DNA from: Octopus sinensis
Taxonomy: Eukaryota
Direction of reading: 5' to 3'
DNA length: 64,000 nucleotides
Assembly: GCF_006345805.1 (NCBI RefSeq)
Contig: NW_021832275.1
Coordinates: forward strand, 1 to 64,000
The notes under the pieces were generated by a model. The model saw only the letters and a program-made list of their open reading frames with translations, had not been told where the DNA came from and did not search any database. Below, piece by piece: positions 13,715 through 25,406 of this stretch. Within the stretch, counting starts at the first letter, position 1. Each line of letters starts with the position of its first letter. The position numbers and the translations under genes were made by a program.

Positions 13715-14093
13715 GTTGGCATATACACAATAGGAATATAGAATATATATATATGGGTGTGTGTGATTGTGTATAGAAGAATATATTAATAAAAAGAATT
13801 CCAACCTTGTCTGATTTTCACGTTTTATTTACAATCTTATAATGATATATTATAAGATAATATATTATATATGTATATATATATATATGTATATATATAT
13901 GTATATACTAAGCAATAAGGGTTTAGCAACGAGTTGCCTTACCACATACCGAATTTAGAAATAGCAGTCAAAGGGTTATAGCTATTTCTTCTACTAAAAA
14001 GGGAGATCTCAGTAAAAACAGCATTTGGAAGGCAGACACAAACAGGTAAGAGAGAATGAATTGACTGCAATCTATCATACATTTTTTTAGTTA

Positions 14094-14210
14094 TCCACCG
14101 ACGTACGTTTCGAAATCAGTTTTAAGGAAAGCATAAGAATTAATATTAAATATTAAATAATAAATAATTCTATCTTACCGAAACTTCTTTTCTCTTCTCT
14201 TCAGCGTAGA
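14094..14210 (-). ncRNA. Hammerhead ribozyme, array unit 1 (G.G mismatch at the base of stem I)
   Basis: TCTACG-CTGAAGA-GAAG...TTTC-GAAAC-GTAC-GTC/GGTGGA; the other units read CGTGGA. Confidence 0.7.
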
Positions 14211-14702
14211 ATACTATAATCATAAATGATTATATATTGAATTTTGAGATACCAGAAGGCACCAACTCCACTCAGTATCAGAGCGAGCTAGAATCCGTAA
14301 CTGGTATCACCGAATTCAATTTGTGAATGAAACGATTGTGTCAACAGCCCCTTCCCACCCGCGTGTAGCCAAAACAAGATGCTGTGGTCATCTACTGAGA
14401 TAAAATATGGTTATCCGTAATAATGAAGGGTGAAATTAATTAATTTGGAAAAATTATCAATTACACCAAGTAGTCTTCGGCATGTAAAAGCCTCATTCGA
14501 GGAAAATTTAAGTATACTAAGCAATAAGGGTTTAGCAACGAGTTGCCTTACCACATACCGAATTTAGAAATAGCAGTCAAAGGGTTATAGCTATTTCTTC
14601 TACTAAAAAGGGAGATCTCAGTAAAAACAGCATTTGGAAGGCAGACACAAACAGGTAAGAGAGAATGAATTGACTGCAATCTATCATACATTTTTTTAGT
14701 TA

Positions 14703-14816
14703 TCCACGGACGTACGTTTCGAAATCAAGTTTTAAGGAAAGCATAAGAATTAAATATTAAATATTAAATAATAAATAATTCTATCTTACCGAAACTTCTT
14801 TTCTCTTCAGCGTAGA
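14703..14816 (-). ncRNA. Hammerhead ribozyme with extended stem II, array unit 2
   Basis: TCTACG-CTGAAGA-GAAA[75 nt]TTTC-GAAAC-GTAC-GTC/CGTGGA. Stem I 6 bp, palindromic tetraloop GTAC, predicted cut 14709/14708. Confidence 0.87.
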
Positions 14817-15305
14817 ATACTATAATCATAAATGATTATATATTGAATTTTGAGATACCAGAAGGCACCAACTCCACTCAGTCAGAGCGAGCTAGAATCC
14901 GCAACTGGTATCACCGAATTCAATTTGTGAATGAAACGATTGTGTCAACAGCCCCTTCCCACCCGCGTGTAGCCAAAACAAGATGCTGTGGTCATCTACT
15001 GAGATAAAATATGGTTATCCGTAATAATGAAGGGTGAAATTAATTAATTTGGAAAATTATCAATTACACCAAGTAGTCTTCGGCATGTAAAAGCCTCATT
15101 CGAGGAAAATTTAAGTAATACTAAGCAATAAGGGTTTAGCAACGAGTTGCCTTACCACATACCGAATTTAGAAATAGCAGTCAAAGGGTTATAGCTATTT
15201 CTTCTACTAAAAAGGAGATCTCAGTAAAAACAGCATTTGGAAGGCAGACACAAACAGGTAAGAGAGAATGAATTGACTGCAATCTATCATACATTTTTTT
15301 AGTTA

Positions 15306-15417
15306 TCCACGGACGTACGTTTCGAAATCAAGTTTTAAGGAAAGCATAAGAATTAAATATTAATATAAATAATAAATAATTCTATCTTACCGAAACTTCT
15401 TTTCTCTTCAGCGTAGA
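15306..15417 (-). ncRNA. Hammerhead ribozyme with extended stem II, array unit 3
   Basis: Same motif as unit 2; predicted cut 15312/15311. Confidence 0.87.
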
Positions 15418-15789
15418 ATACTATAATCATAAATGATTATATATTGAATTTTGAGATACCAAAGGCACCAACTCCACTCAGTATCAGAGCGAGCTAGAAT
15501 CCGCAACTGGTATCACCGAATTCAATTTGTGAATGAAACGATTGTGTCAACAGCCCCTTCCCACCCGCGTGTAGCCAAAACAAGATGCTGTGGTCATCTA
15601 CTGAGATAAAATATGGTTATCCGTAATAATGAAGGGTGAAATTAATTAATTTGGAAAAATTATCAATTACACCAAGTAGTCTTCGGCATGTAAAAGCCTC
15701 ATTCGAGGAAAATTTAAGTAATACTAAGCAATAAGGGTTTAGCAACGAGTTGCCTTACCACATACCGAATTTATAATATGTATATTATA

Positions 15790-16969
15790 TATATATATAC
15801 ATGTATGTATTTGTATGTAGGTGTATATGTATGTGTGTGTATTTATATTTATTGGTGTATATGTATAGACTAGCCTTCTAAGAGTGTAGACATGAATCTG
15901 TATGTACGCGTACGTATGTGTATATACGTGAATGTATGTAGATGTATGTATGTATGAATATAACTCGTGCGTGCGTGTATGTGTATGAGTGTACGAATGA
16001 GTGAGTGTACGTGCTAAAGAGTGTGCGTGAGTAAATGAGTGCTTGTTTTCCAGTAGACAGATAAATGGACTGGCTGTCATAGCCAAGATGTTTGTGACCA
16101 GCGATCAAAGATAACAAAAGTAATAAATGAAGATAATAAAATTAAAATTAGGGAATGGGTCTGTATTTGTATGTGTGTATGTGTAGGTATGCATAGGTAC
16201 ACACATGTATATATATATGTGTATGTATATGTATGTGTGTGTATATGTGTGTGTATGTGTATATATGTGTATATAGGGACTAGTGTGCTGTGTGTACATG
16301 TGTGTGTGTGGATATGTGTGTGTATGCCTGTATGTGAGTATGTATGTGTATGTGTATATATATTTTTCTGTGTGTATATGTATGTGTGGTCGTGTGTGTA
16401 TATATACATGTGTGTATACGTGTATGCATGTGAGTGTGTGTATGTATACATATATGTGTATGTGTAGATATGTATATGTATGTGTAAGTGTATATATATG
16501 TATATATGTGTGTGTGTACGTATGTGTGTATGTATATGTATATATGTTTGTATGTGTGTGTATATATGTATACATATGTGCATAGGTATAAGTGAGAATC
16601 TCCTTATTTACCTAAAACTCTATTCCCTTTTTTTATATATATTTTTATATATTTTTTTATATATTTAAAAAAAATTTTTTTTTTATTTATTCTTCTATCT
16701 AATTTAACACTGACTCCTTGACCACTCCCCCAAGTATGATATTTTGCGCTATGCCTACCCCCAAAAAGTCCCCCACCAACACCCCTTTAAACCTGCCTAA
16801 ATGTATAAATGCCAATACAATTCTTGTTAACTAGCTTCCTGAAGATTTCTCTTGAATGAAACAGTTCTAGTCCTGTAGAAGCTCCTTCTATATAATAAAT
16901 TAATTTTACTCTGCTATGTATTGAGTACCTTATTTACTGTGGTTAACCCCGAATCAACCCGGGACCTAC
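15790..16969 (+). mobile_element. Third copy of the microsatellite-like, HHR-terminated repeat family
   Basis: Shares anchors with 7900-9010: actagccttctaagagtgtag, gggaatgggtctgta, gggactagtgtgctg, the HHR block, and the terminal ccccgaatcaacccgggacctac. Confidence 0.9.
16833..16883 (+). ncRNA. Type I hammerhead ribozyme (51-nt family, copy 3)
   Basis: Identical to 8878-8928. Confidence 0.85.
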
Positions 16970-17033
16970 GTATATATATAATACGTATATATATATATAT
17001 ACGTATATATATACATATGTATATATATATACA

Positions 17034-17080
<47 letters not shown>

Positions 17081-17157
17081 CTTTGATACTTTGATAGGTT
17101 TCGGCCATTATTGGCCCAGGCCATGTCTAACTTAATAGCACCACCTGGTGCTATTAT
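17081..17157 (-). mobile_element. Extremely 5'-truncated LINE 3' end related to the 26290 LINE family
   Basis: ggccatgtctaacttaatagcaccacctgg is shared with 26328-26357; short tandem tail ctttgata. Confidence 0.75.
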
Positions 17158-17180
17158 ATATATGTTATATAATATATATG

Positions 17181-17216
<36 letters not shown>

Positions 17217-17249
17217 TATTGTATATATATATATATATACAAGATATAT

Positions 17250-17545
17250 ATATATATATACGTTTAAATATTTGTGTGCAAGTTTTTTTGTGTGAAGTCG
17301 TGTGTTGAAACAGATATTGTTATATTTCGGAATGGTCATATTGCCAGTTTAGCCAATAAAAACACACGCACTATATATTTGGTGTTATTTTGCTTCAGTG
17401 ATATTTATTTTTTACATTCATCTTAATCTTATTTCGGCCAGAGTTCTTTCGTCACACTCCTGTGACCGCATCAGTGGTCCTTTGTTTTCTTCTTTCGTAT
17501 TTGTGTCTCTGCTTACTAACCATCAGCCATTTTGTATTTCCATAT
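17250..17545 (-). repeat. Short repeat fragment in (TA)n with a decayed HHR-like motif at 17436-17480
   Basis: GGACCA-CTGATGC-G-GTCACaggagtGTGAC-GAAAG-AA-CTC/TGGCC. Confidence 0.45.
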
Positions 17546-17924
17546 ATATTATATATATATATATATAATATATATATATATATATTATATATATATACAC
17601 ATTTATATATACATATATCTATATATCTATATATATACATAATATATATATATACTATATATATATATATATATATACATATATATGTATCCATATATCT
17701 ATTATGTATATATATACATATCTATATATGTATATATATACATAATATATATATATATATGTATATATATATGTATATATATATATGTATATATATGTAT
17801 ATACACATATATATATGTATATTATATATATATGTAATATATGTTATTACACATATATATATGTATATATATATATGTATATATATATATAATATATATA
17901 TATATATACACATATACTCTTTAC

Positions 17925-19500
17925 TTTTTTACTCTTTTACTTGTTTCAGTCATGCTAGCATGGGTTGGACAGTTCAACTGGGGTCTGTGAAGCTGGAAGG
18001 CTTCATCAGGCCCAGTCAGATCTGGCAGTGTTTCTACGGCTGGATGCCCTTCCTAACACCAACCACTCCGTGAGTGTAGTGGGTGCTTTTTATGTGCCAC
18101 CCGCACAGGTGCCAGACAGAGCTGGCAAACGGCCACGAACGGATGGTGCTTTTACGTGTCACCGGCACGGGGGCCAGGCGAGGCTGGCAACGGACACGAA
18201 CGGATGGTGCTTTTACGTGCCACCAACACGGGGGCCAGACAGAGCTGGCAAACGGCCTCGAAACGGACGGTGCTTTTACGTGTCACCGGCACGGGGCCCT
18301 GGCGAGGCTGGCAACGAACACGAACGGATGGTGCTTTTACGTGCCACCGACACGGGAGCCAGACAGAGCTGGCAAACGGCCACGAACGGATGGTGCTTTT
18401 ACGTTTCACCTGCACGGGGCCCAGGCGAGGCTGGCAACGGACACGAACGGATGGTGCTTTTACGTGCCACCGACACGGAGGCTAGACGGGGCGGCGCTGG
18501 CAACGACCATGATCGGATGGTTCGTTTAACCACAGCTGCAATTCCCACTGATGTTGATCGACCTCAATTTGGTTCTGCTTTCTGATATATGAATTGATTT
18601 GGTTTGATTTTGATTTTGACTGTTCTCACTGGTCTTGCCGGGTTTTCTCACGCACAGCATACTTCCAAAGGTCTCGGTCTCTGGTCATTTCCTTGGTGAG
18701 ACCTAAAGTTCAAAGGTTGTGCTTCACCACCTCGACCCAGGTTTTCCTGGGTTTACCTCTTCCACAGGTCCCCTCAACTGCCACGGTGTGGCACTTTCGC
18801 ACACAACTATCTTTAGCCATTCTCATCACATGACCATACCAGCGCAAACGTCTCTCTTGCACACAACGACTGATGCTTCTTAGGTTCAACTTTTTTCTCA
18901 AGGTACTTACACTCTGTCGATTATGAACACTGACGTTACACATCCATCGGAGCATACTAGCTTCATTTCTTGCAAGCTTACGCAAATCCTCAGCAGTCAC
19001 AGCCCAAGTTTCACTACCATGTAGCATGGCTGTACGTACACATGCATCATACAGTCTGCCTTTTACTTTGAGCGAGAGGCCTTTTGTCACCAGCAGGGTA
19101 AGAGCTCTCTAAACTTTGCCCAGGCTATTCTTACTCTAGCAGTTACACTTTCAGCACACCTGCCCTCGCTACTGACTTGGTCACCTAGGTAGTGGAAGCT
19201 ATCAACTACTTCTAGTTTTTCTCCCTGGAACGTGGTAGAAGTTGGTCTCTGCATATTTTCAGAGTTTATTGCTCCTGAGCATCTGCCACAGATAAAAACT
19301 ATTTTCCTACTTAGTCTTCCTTTGACATTACTACATCTCTTATGTGTCCATAGCTTACATTTGGTGCATCTTATAGAGTTTCTACTTACGCCTTTTCTAC
19401 AGATCGAGCAGGGCCATCAGGTATGATGGCTTTTTACGTGTCACCGGCACGGGGGCCAGGCGAGGCTGGCAACGGACACGAATGGATGGTGCTTTTACGT
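17925..19500 (-). mobile_element. 5'-truncated RTE-clade LINE (PHD-bearing family) with a minisatellite 3' UTR
   Basis: ORF 18710-19090 (LYDACVRTAMLHGSETW, RRLRWYGHV, RGKPRKTW); ~60-bp repeats at 18090-18540. Confidence 0.9.
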
Positions 19501-20518
19501 GCATATATACATGTAGGTGTGTGAAAATGTGTATGTGTAAGTATATATGTTTTTGTACATATAGGTATGATCGGGGGTGGATGTATGGATGTATGTTTTT
19601 ATTACACATATAAGCACGCAGGTGCATGCTTGGATGTGTATATATGTATATGCGAATATTCATTCATGGGTAGATATAAATATGGGTTTTATTTGTAAGT
19701 ATGAGTGCGCAGATATATATTTAAAAAAATATATATATATGTGTGTGTGAAAGTTCCCTGACACAGTATAGGAAAGTGTATTATGCGGATGTGTGTGTGA
19801 GTGTGTGTGTTAGTGTTAGACACTGCTGCCTGTACTGATATGTCTATAAGCAATACGATGACAGACATGCACTCTCCAATTTATTGTAAAGATGTATCGG
19901 GGAGTATTCATGTGTGTGTACATGTGTGTGTGAGTCTCTGTGTGGATGTATGGGTTTAGGGTTAGATGTGGATGTGTATGTTTTGCTTGTATGGTGTGGT
20001 GGAGGTCGGGCGGTTCTCAATTGACCAACCGTGAGGAAGATAATGATAATTTTAAATTCAAATCCAATAGTATATTTATGCCATAAGGAAAATTATTAAC
20101 TGGAACACGCATACTATATTCTGCTCTGGATCATAATGTAAGAGTTATTAATAATATTATGAATGATAACAATGATAACATTAATTGTATTGACAACGAT
20201 AATGATACTAACTTTAATGACACTTTGGAAACTATTATGAAGTAATATAATGTACTATTGACTATGTATATTTACATCTAGGTATTAATTTGTGTATGTT
20301 TATTATCACAATATTAAGTCGAAAAACTGAGACATTGGGTGTGGAACACATATATATGTTTACTAATTTATATTATTTATTTATATCATTATGTAAATGT
20401 ATATTTTTTTATATGTATAGGAGTGTGAGTATATGCACTCATATGTATATATATATGCTGTATTGTGGGTACGCACCCACACCCATGTGGGTATATGTGT
20501 AGACTGTTATATTACATA

Positions 20519-20639
20519 ATCTCCTAAGAGGCCTTGTGATATTTTTGTCTCATTTATATCTATATATTGACCAACCATAAAGGGCTAATATTGGTAAAAT
20601 GAGACATAATTATCGACATGGCCGAAACAGCTGTAAGAT
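20519..20639 (+). ncRNA. Decayed hammerhead ribozyme with long stem II (core CCTAAGA)
   Basis: ATCT-CCTAAGA-GGCC...GTCTCATTT...AAATGAGAC...GGCC-GAAAC-AGCT-GTA/AGAT; two core mismatches. Confidence 0.6.
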
Positions 20640-20880
20640 CTAATTTATACTTATATTTATATTTACTTGTATTTATATTCTTTTTTATATATATTCTAAT
20701 TATTATACAACATTACTCTTTATGTACACTTTTTTATGTACATTCCTTTATGTACACTGATTGTTCTGCTTTTTATATTTAACCCTACAGTCTCTTATGT
20801 GGTGGTTTAATAAAGTATGTGATTGAATATTATCTGTAATTGATATTTGATTTAGATGTATTTCTCCATTTTCTTATCTT

Positions 20881-21085
20881 GTACATATGTGTGTGTATAT
20901 ATATATTATATATATATATAATATATATATTATATATATATATATATATGTATGTATATGTAAATGTATGTATATATATATGTTATATATATATATATAT
21001 GTATATATATATGTATATGTATATATATATATATTGTATATATATATATATATGTATTATATATGTATATATATATATGTATATA

Positions 21086-21134
<49 letters not shown>

Positions 21135-21177
21135 GTATATATATGTATATATATATGTATATATATATAATATATAT

Positions 21178-21210
<33 letters not shown>

Positions 21211-21305
21211 GTATATATATATATGTATATATATATATGTAATATATATATGTATATATATATGTATATTATTATATTATATGTATTTATATGTGTATGT
21301 ATATA

Positions 21306-21351
<46 letters not shown>

Positions 21352-21419
21352 GTATTTATATATGTTATATATATATATATGTATGTAATATATACATATG
21401 TATATATATATATATATAC

Positions 21420-21457
<38 letters not shown>

Positions 21458-21810
21458 TTATATATGTATATATATATATATGTATTTATATATGTATATA
21501 TATATGTATGTATATATATATGTATATATATGTATATATATATGTATATATATATGTATATATATTGTATATATATATATATGTATTTATATATGTATAT
21601 ATATATAATTATGTATATATATATATGTATATATATGTATATATATATATGTATATATATATATGTATATATATGTATATATATATATGTATATATATGT
21701 TATATATATGTATATATAGTATATATATGTATATATATATATACGTATATATATGTATATATATATATATGTATATATGTATATATATATATGTATAATA
21801 TATATATATG

Positions 21811-21841
<31 letters not shown>

Positions 21842-21872
21842 GTATATATATATATGTATATATATATATGTG

Positions 21873-21921
<49 letters not shown>

Positions 21922-21957
21922 GTATATATATATATAGTATATATATGTATATGTATG

Positions 21958-21988
<31 letters not shown>

Positions 21989-22210
21989 GTATATATATGT
22001 ATGTATATATATTATATATATATGTATGTATATATATATATATGTATGTATATATATATATATGTATGTATATATATATATATGTATGTATATATATATG
22101 TATATATATATGTATGTATATATATATATGTATGTATATATATATATATGTATGTATATATATATGTATATATATATATATGTTATATATATATATGTAT
22201 ATATATATTG

Positions 22211-22291
<81 letters not shown>

Positions 22292-22739
22292 GTATATATA
22301 TAATGTATATATATATATGTATATATCTATGTATATATATATGTATATATATATATGTATATATCTATGTATATATATATGTATATATATATGTATATAT
22401 ATATGTATATATCTATGTATATATATATGTATATATATATGTATATATATATATGTATATATATGATATATATATGTATATATAATGTATATATATCTAT
22501 ATGTATATATATGTATATATATATATGTATATATATATGTATATATATATGTATTATATATATGTATAATATATATTGTATATATATATATATGTATATA
22601 ATTATGTATATATGTATGTATATATGTATATATATATGTATTATATAATGTATGTATATATTATGTATATATATATGTATATATAGATGTATATTATATA
22701 TATATGTATATATATTATAGATGTATATATATATAGATG

Positions 22740-22772
<33 letters not shown>

Positions 22773-23061
22773 GTATATATATATGTATATATATATATGT
22801 ATTAATATATGTATATATATATGTTATATATATATGTTATATATATGTATATATATAATATATATATGTTTATATATATATACTATATATATGTTTATCT
22901 ATATATATATATTGTTTCTATATATATATGTTTATATATATATATGTTTATATATATATGTTTATATATATATATATATATGTTTATATATATATATATG
23001 TTTATATATATATTGTTTATATATATATATGTTTATATATATATATGTTTATATATATATA

Positions 23062-23092
<31 letters not shown>

Positions 23093-23157
23093 GTTTATAT
23101 ATATATGTTTATATATATATATGTATATATATATGTATATATATATATATATATGTA
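20881..23157. repeat. ~2.3-kb (TA)n/(TATG)n microsatellite
   Basis: Directly visible. Confidence 0.97.
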
Positions 23158-25343
23158 TCATCATCATCATCATTTAGCGTCCGTTTTCCATGCTAGCATG
23201 GGTTGGACGGTTCAACTGGGGTCTGTGAAGCCGGAAGTCTTCATACAGGCCCTGTCAGATCTGGCAGTGTTTCTACGGCTGGATGCCCTTCCTAACGCCA
23301 ACCACTCCATGAGTGTTGTGGGTGCTTTTTACGTCCCACCCGCACAGGTGCCAGACAGAGTTGGCAAATGGCCATGAACGGATTGTGCCTTTACGTGCCA
23401 CCGGCACGGGGGCCAGGCGAGGCTGGCAACGGACACGAACGGATGGTGCTTTTACGTGCCACCAGCACGGGGGCCAGGCGAGGCTGGCAACGGACATGAA
23501 CGGATGGTGCTTTTTACGTGTCACCGGCACGAGGCCAGTCGGGGCGGTGCTGGCAACGGTCACGAACCGATGGTTCTCTTACGTGCCACCGGCACTGGTA
23601 ACTCAGCTGCAATTTTCATTGATCGATTTCGATTCTGATCCTCACTTGCCTCAACAGGTCTTCACAAGTAGAGTTTTGTGTCCCAAGAAGGGAAGGTATG
23701 CATACGTAGGCTGGCTCCATCCCATGTAGAAGGCCACGGGTTATGGTCTCACTTGTCCTGCCGGGTCTTCTCGCTCACAGCATACTTCCAGAGGTCTTGG
23801 TCCCTAGTCATTTCCTCAGTGAGACCTAAAGTTCGAAGGTCGTGCTTCACCACCTCGTCCCAGGTTTTCCTGGGTCTGCCTCTTCCGCAGGTTCCCTCAA
23901 CCACTAGTGTGTGGCACTTTTTCACACAACTATCTTCATCTATTCTCCCCACATGCCCATACCAGCGCAAACGTCTCTCTTGCACACCACAACTGATGCT
24001 TCTTAGGTCCAGCTTTTCTCTCAAGGTATTTACACTCTGTCGACTATGAACACTGACATTACACATCCATTGGAGCATACTGGCTTCATTTCTTGCGAGC
24101 TTACGCATATCCTCAGCAGTCACGGCCCATGTTTCACTGCCATGTAGCATGGCTGTTCGTACACATGCATCATACTGTCTGCCTTTTACTCTGTGCGAGA
24201 GGCTTTTTGTCACCAGCAGAGGTAAGAGCTCTCTGAACTTTGCCCATGCTATTCTTACTCTAGCAGTTACACTTTCAGCACACCCGCCCCCGCTGCTGAC
24301 TTGGTCACCTAGGTAACGGAAGCTATCAACTATTTCTAGTTTTTTTCCCTGGAAAGTGATGGAAGTTGGTCTCAGAGCATTTTTAGTGTTTATTGTTCCT
24401 GAGCATCTGCCACATACAAAAACCATCTTCCTAGTTAGCCTTCCTTTGACGTTGCTGCACCTCTTATGTGTCCATAGCTTACACTTGGTGCATCTTATAG
24501 AGTTTCTACCTACACCTTTTCTACAGATCGAGCAGGGCCATCTACCTGAAGGCGTTTGTGATTTGTCTACCTTCCTACTGATTACGACTTTGGTTTTAGC
24601 TAGATTGACTCTAAGGCCCTTCAATTCTAATCCTTGTTTCCACACCTGAAACTTCTCCTCCAGTTCTGATAGTGACTCAACAATTAAAGCAAGGTCATCA
24701 GCATAGAGGAGCTCCCAAAGGCATCCTGTCTTGAATTCCTCCGTTATTGCCTGGAGGACTATGATAAATAGGAGGTGGCTGAGGACTGAGCCTTGGTGGA
24801 CCCCTACCTCTACCCGGAATTCTTCACTGTACTCGTTGCCAACCCTCACCTTACTAGCAGCGTCCCTGTACATGGCTCGCACAGCTCTCACTAACCATTC
24901 ATCTATCCCTAGTTTCCTCATTGACCACCAGATAAGGGATCGGGGGACCCTGTCGAAGGCTTTCTCCATGTCAACAAAAGCCAGGTACAGGGGCTTATCT
25001 TTGGCTAGGTATTTCTCCTGCAGCTGCCTTACCAGGAATATAGCATCAGTGGTACTTTTCCCTGGCACGAACCCAAACTGCATCTCATCTAAACTAACTC
25101 TCTCTCTAATTAGTTTGGCTCTGACCCTCTCCGTAACCTTCATCACCTGATCCAACAGCTTGATACCTCTGTAATTATTTGTATCTAGGGCGTCACCTTT
25201 ACCTTTTTAGCAGTTGACTATTATGCTGCTACACCAGTCATTGGGTATGACTCCTTTGTGTATCACCTGATTAACTATACGGGTGACTAGGCTATAGCCG
25301 ACACTACCAGACATTTTGAGCATCTCTGCAGTGATTCCTGATG

Positions 25344-25345
<2 letters not shown>
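23158..25345 (-). mobile_element. 5'-truncated RTE-clade LINE; open RT ORF 23749-25155 with a PHD-type finger inside the RT; (GAT)n tail
   Basis: QFGFVPGKSTTDAIF, FVDMEKAFD, GVHQGSVLS, LYADDL, CSIC..CTKC..HKRC..CGRC, FRYLG, RRLRWYGHV. Confidence 0.95.
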
Positions 25346-25378
<33 letters not shown>

Positions 25379-25406
25379 GTATATATATATATGTATATAT
25401 ATATAT

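Larger units (their letters stand above)
9521..13867 (-). mobile_element. Near-intact Penelope-like element (C-terminal GIY-YIG, Neptune-like), with an identical 80-bp terminal direct repeat, flanked by (TA)n
   Basis: 9521-9600 is identical to 13788-13867; long ORF between them; 3' pseudo-LTR at ~9521-10190. Confidence 0.93.
13905..15772 (-). repeat. Tandem array of three ~605-bp units plus a 52-bp partial unit, each full unit carrying one HHR
   Basis: Unit starts (ATACTAAGCAATAAGGG) at 13905, 14514, 15118 and 15721; units are near-identical. Confidence 0.97.

Noticed and set aside
13905-15772. CRISPR array or other prokaryotic system
   Set aside because: Units are ~605 bp and identical throughout, with no unique spacers and no cas genes; the context is eukaryotic.
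17965-18585. 206-aa repetitive ORF and overlapping ORFs
   Set aside because: Translations of the RTE 3' UTR minisatellite, open in several frames on both strands.
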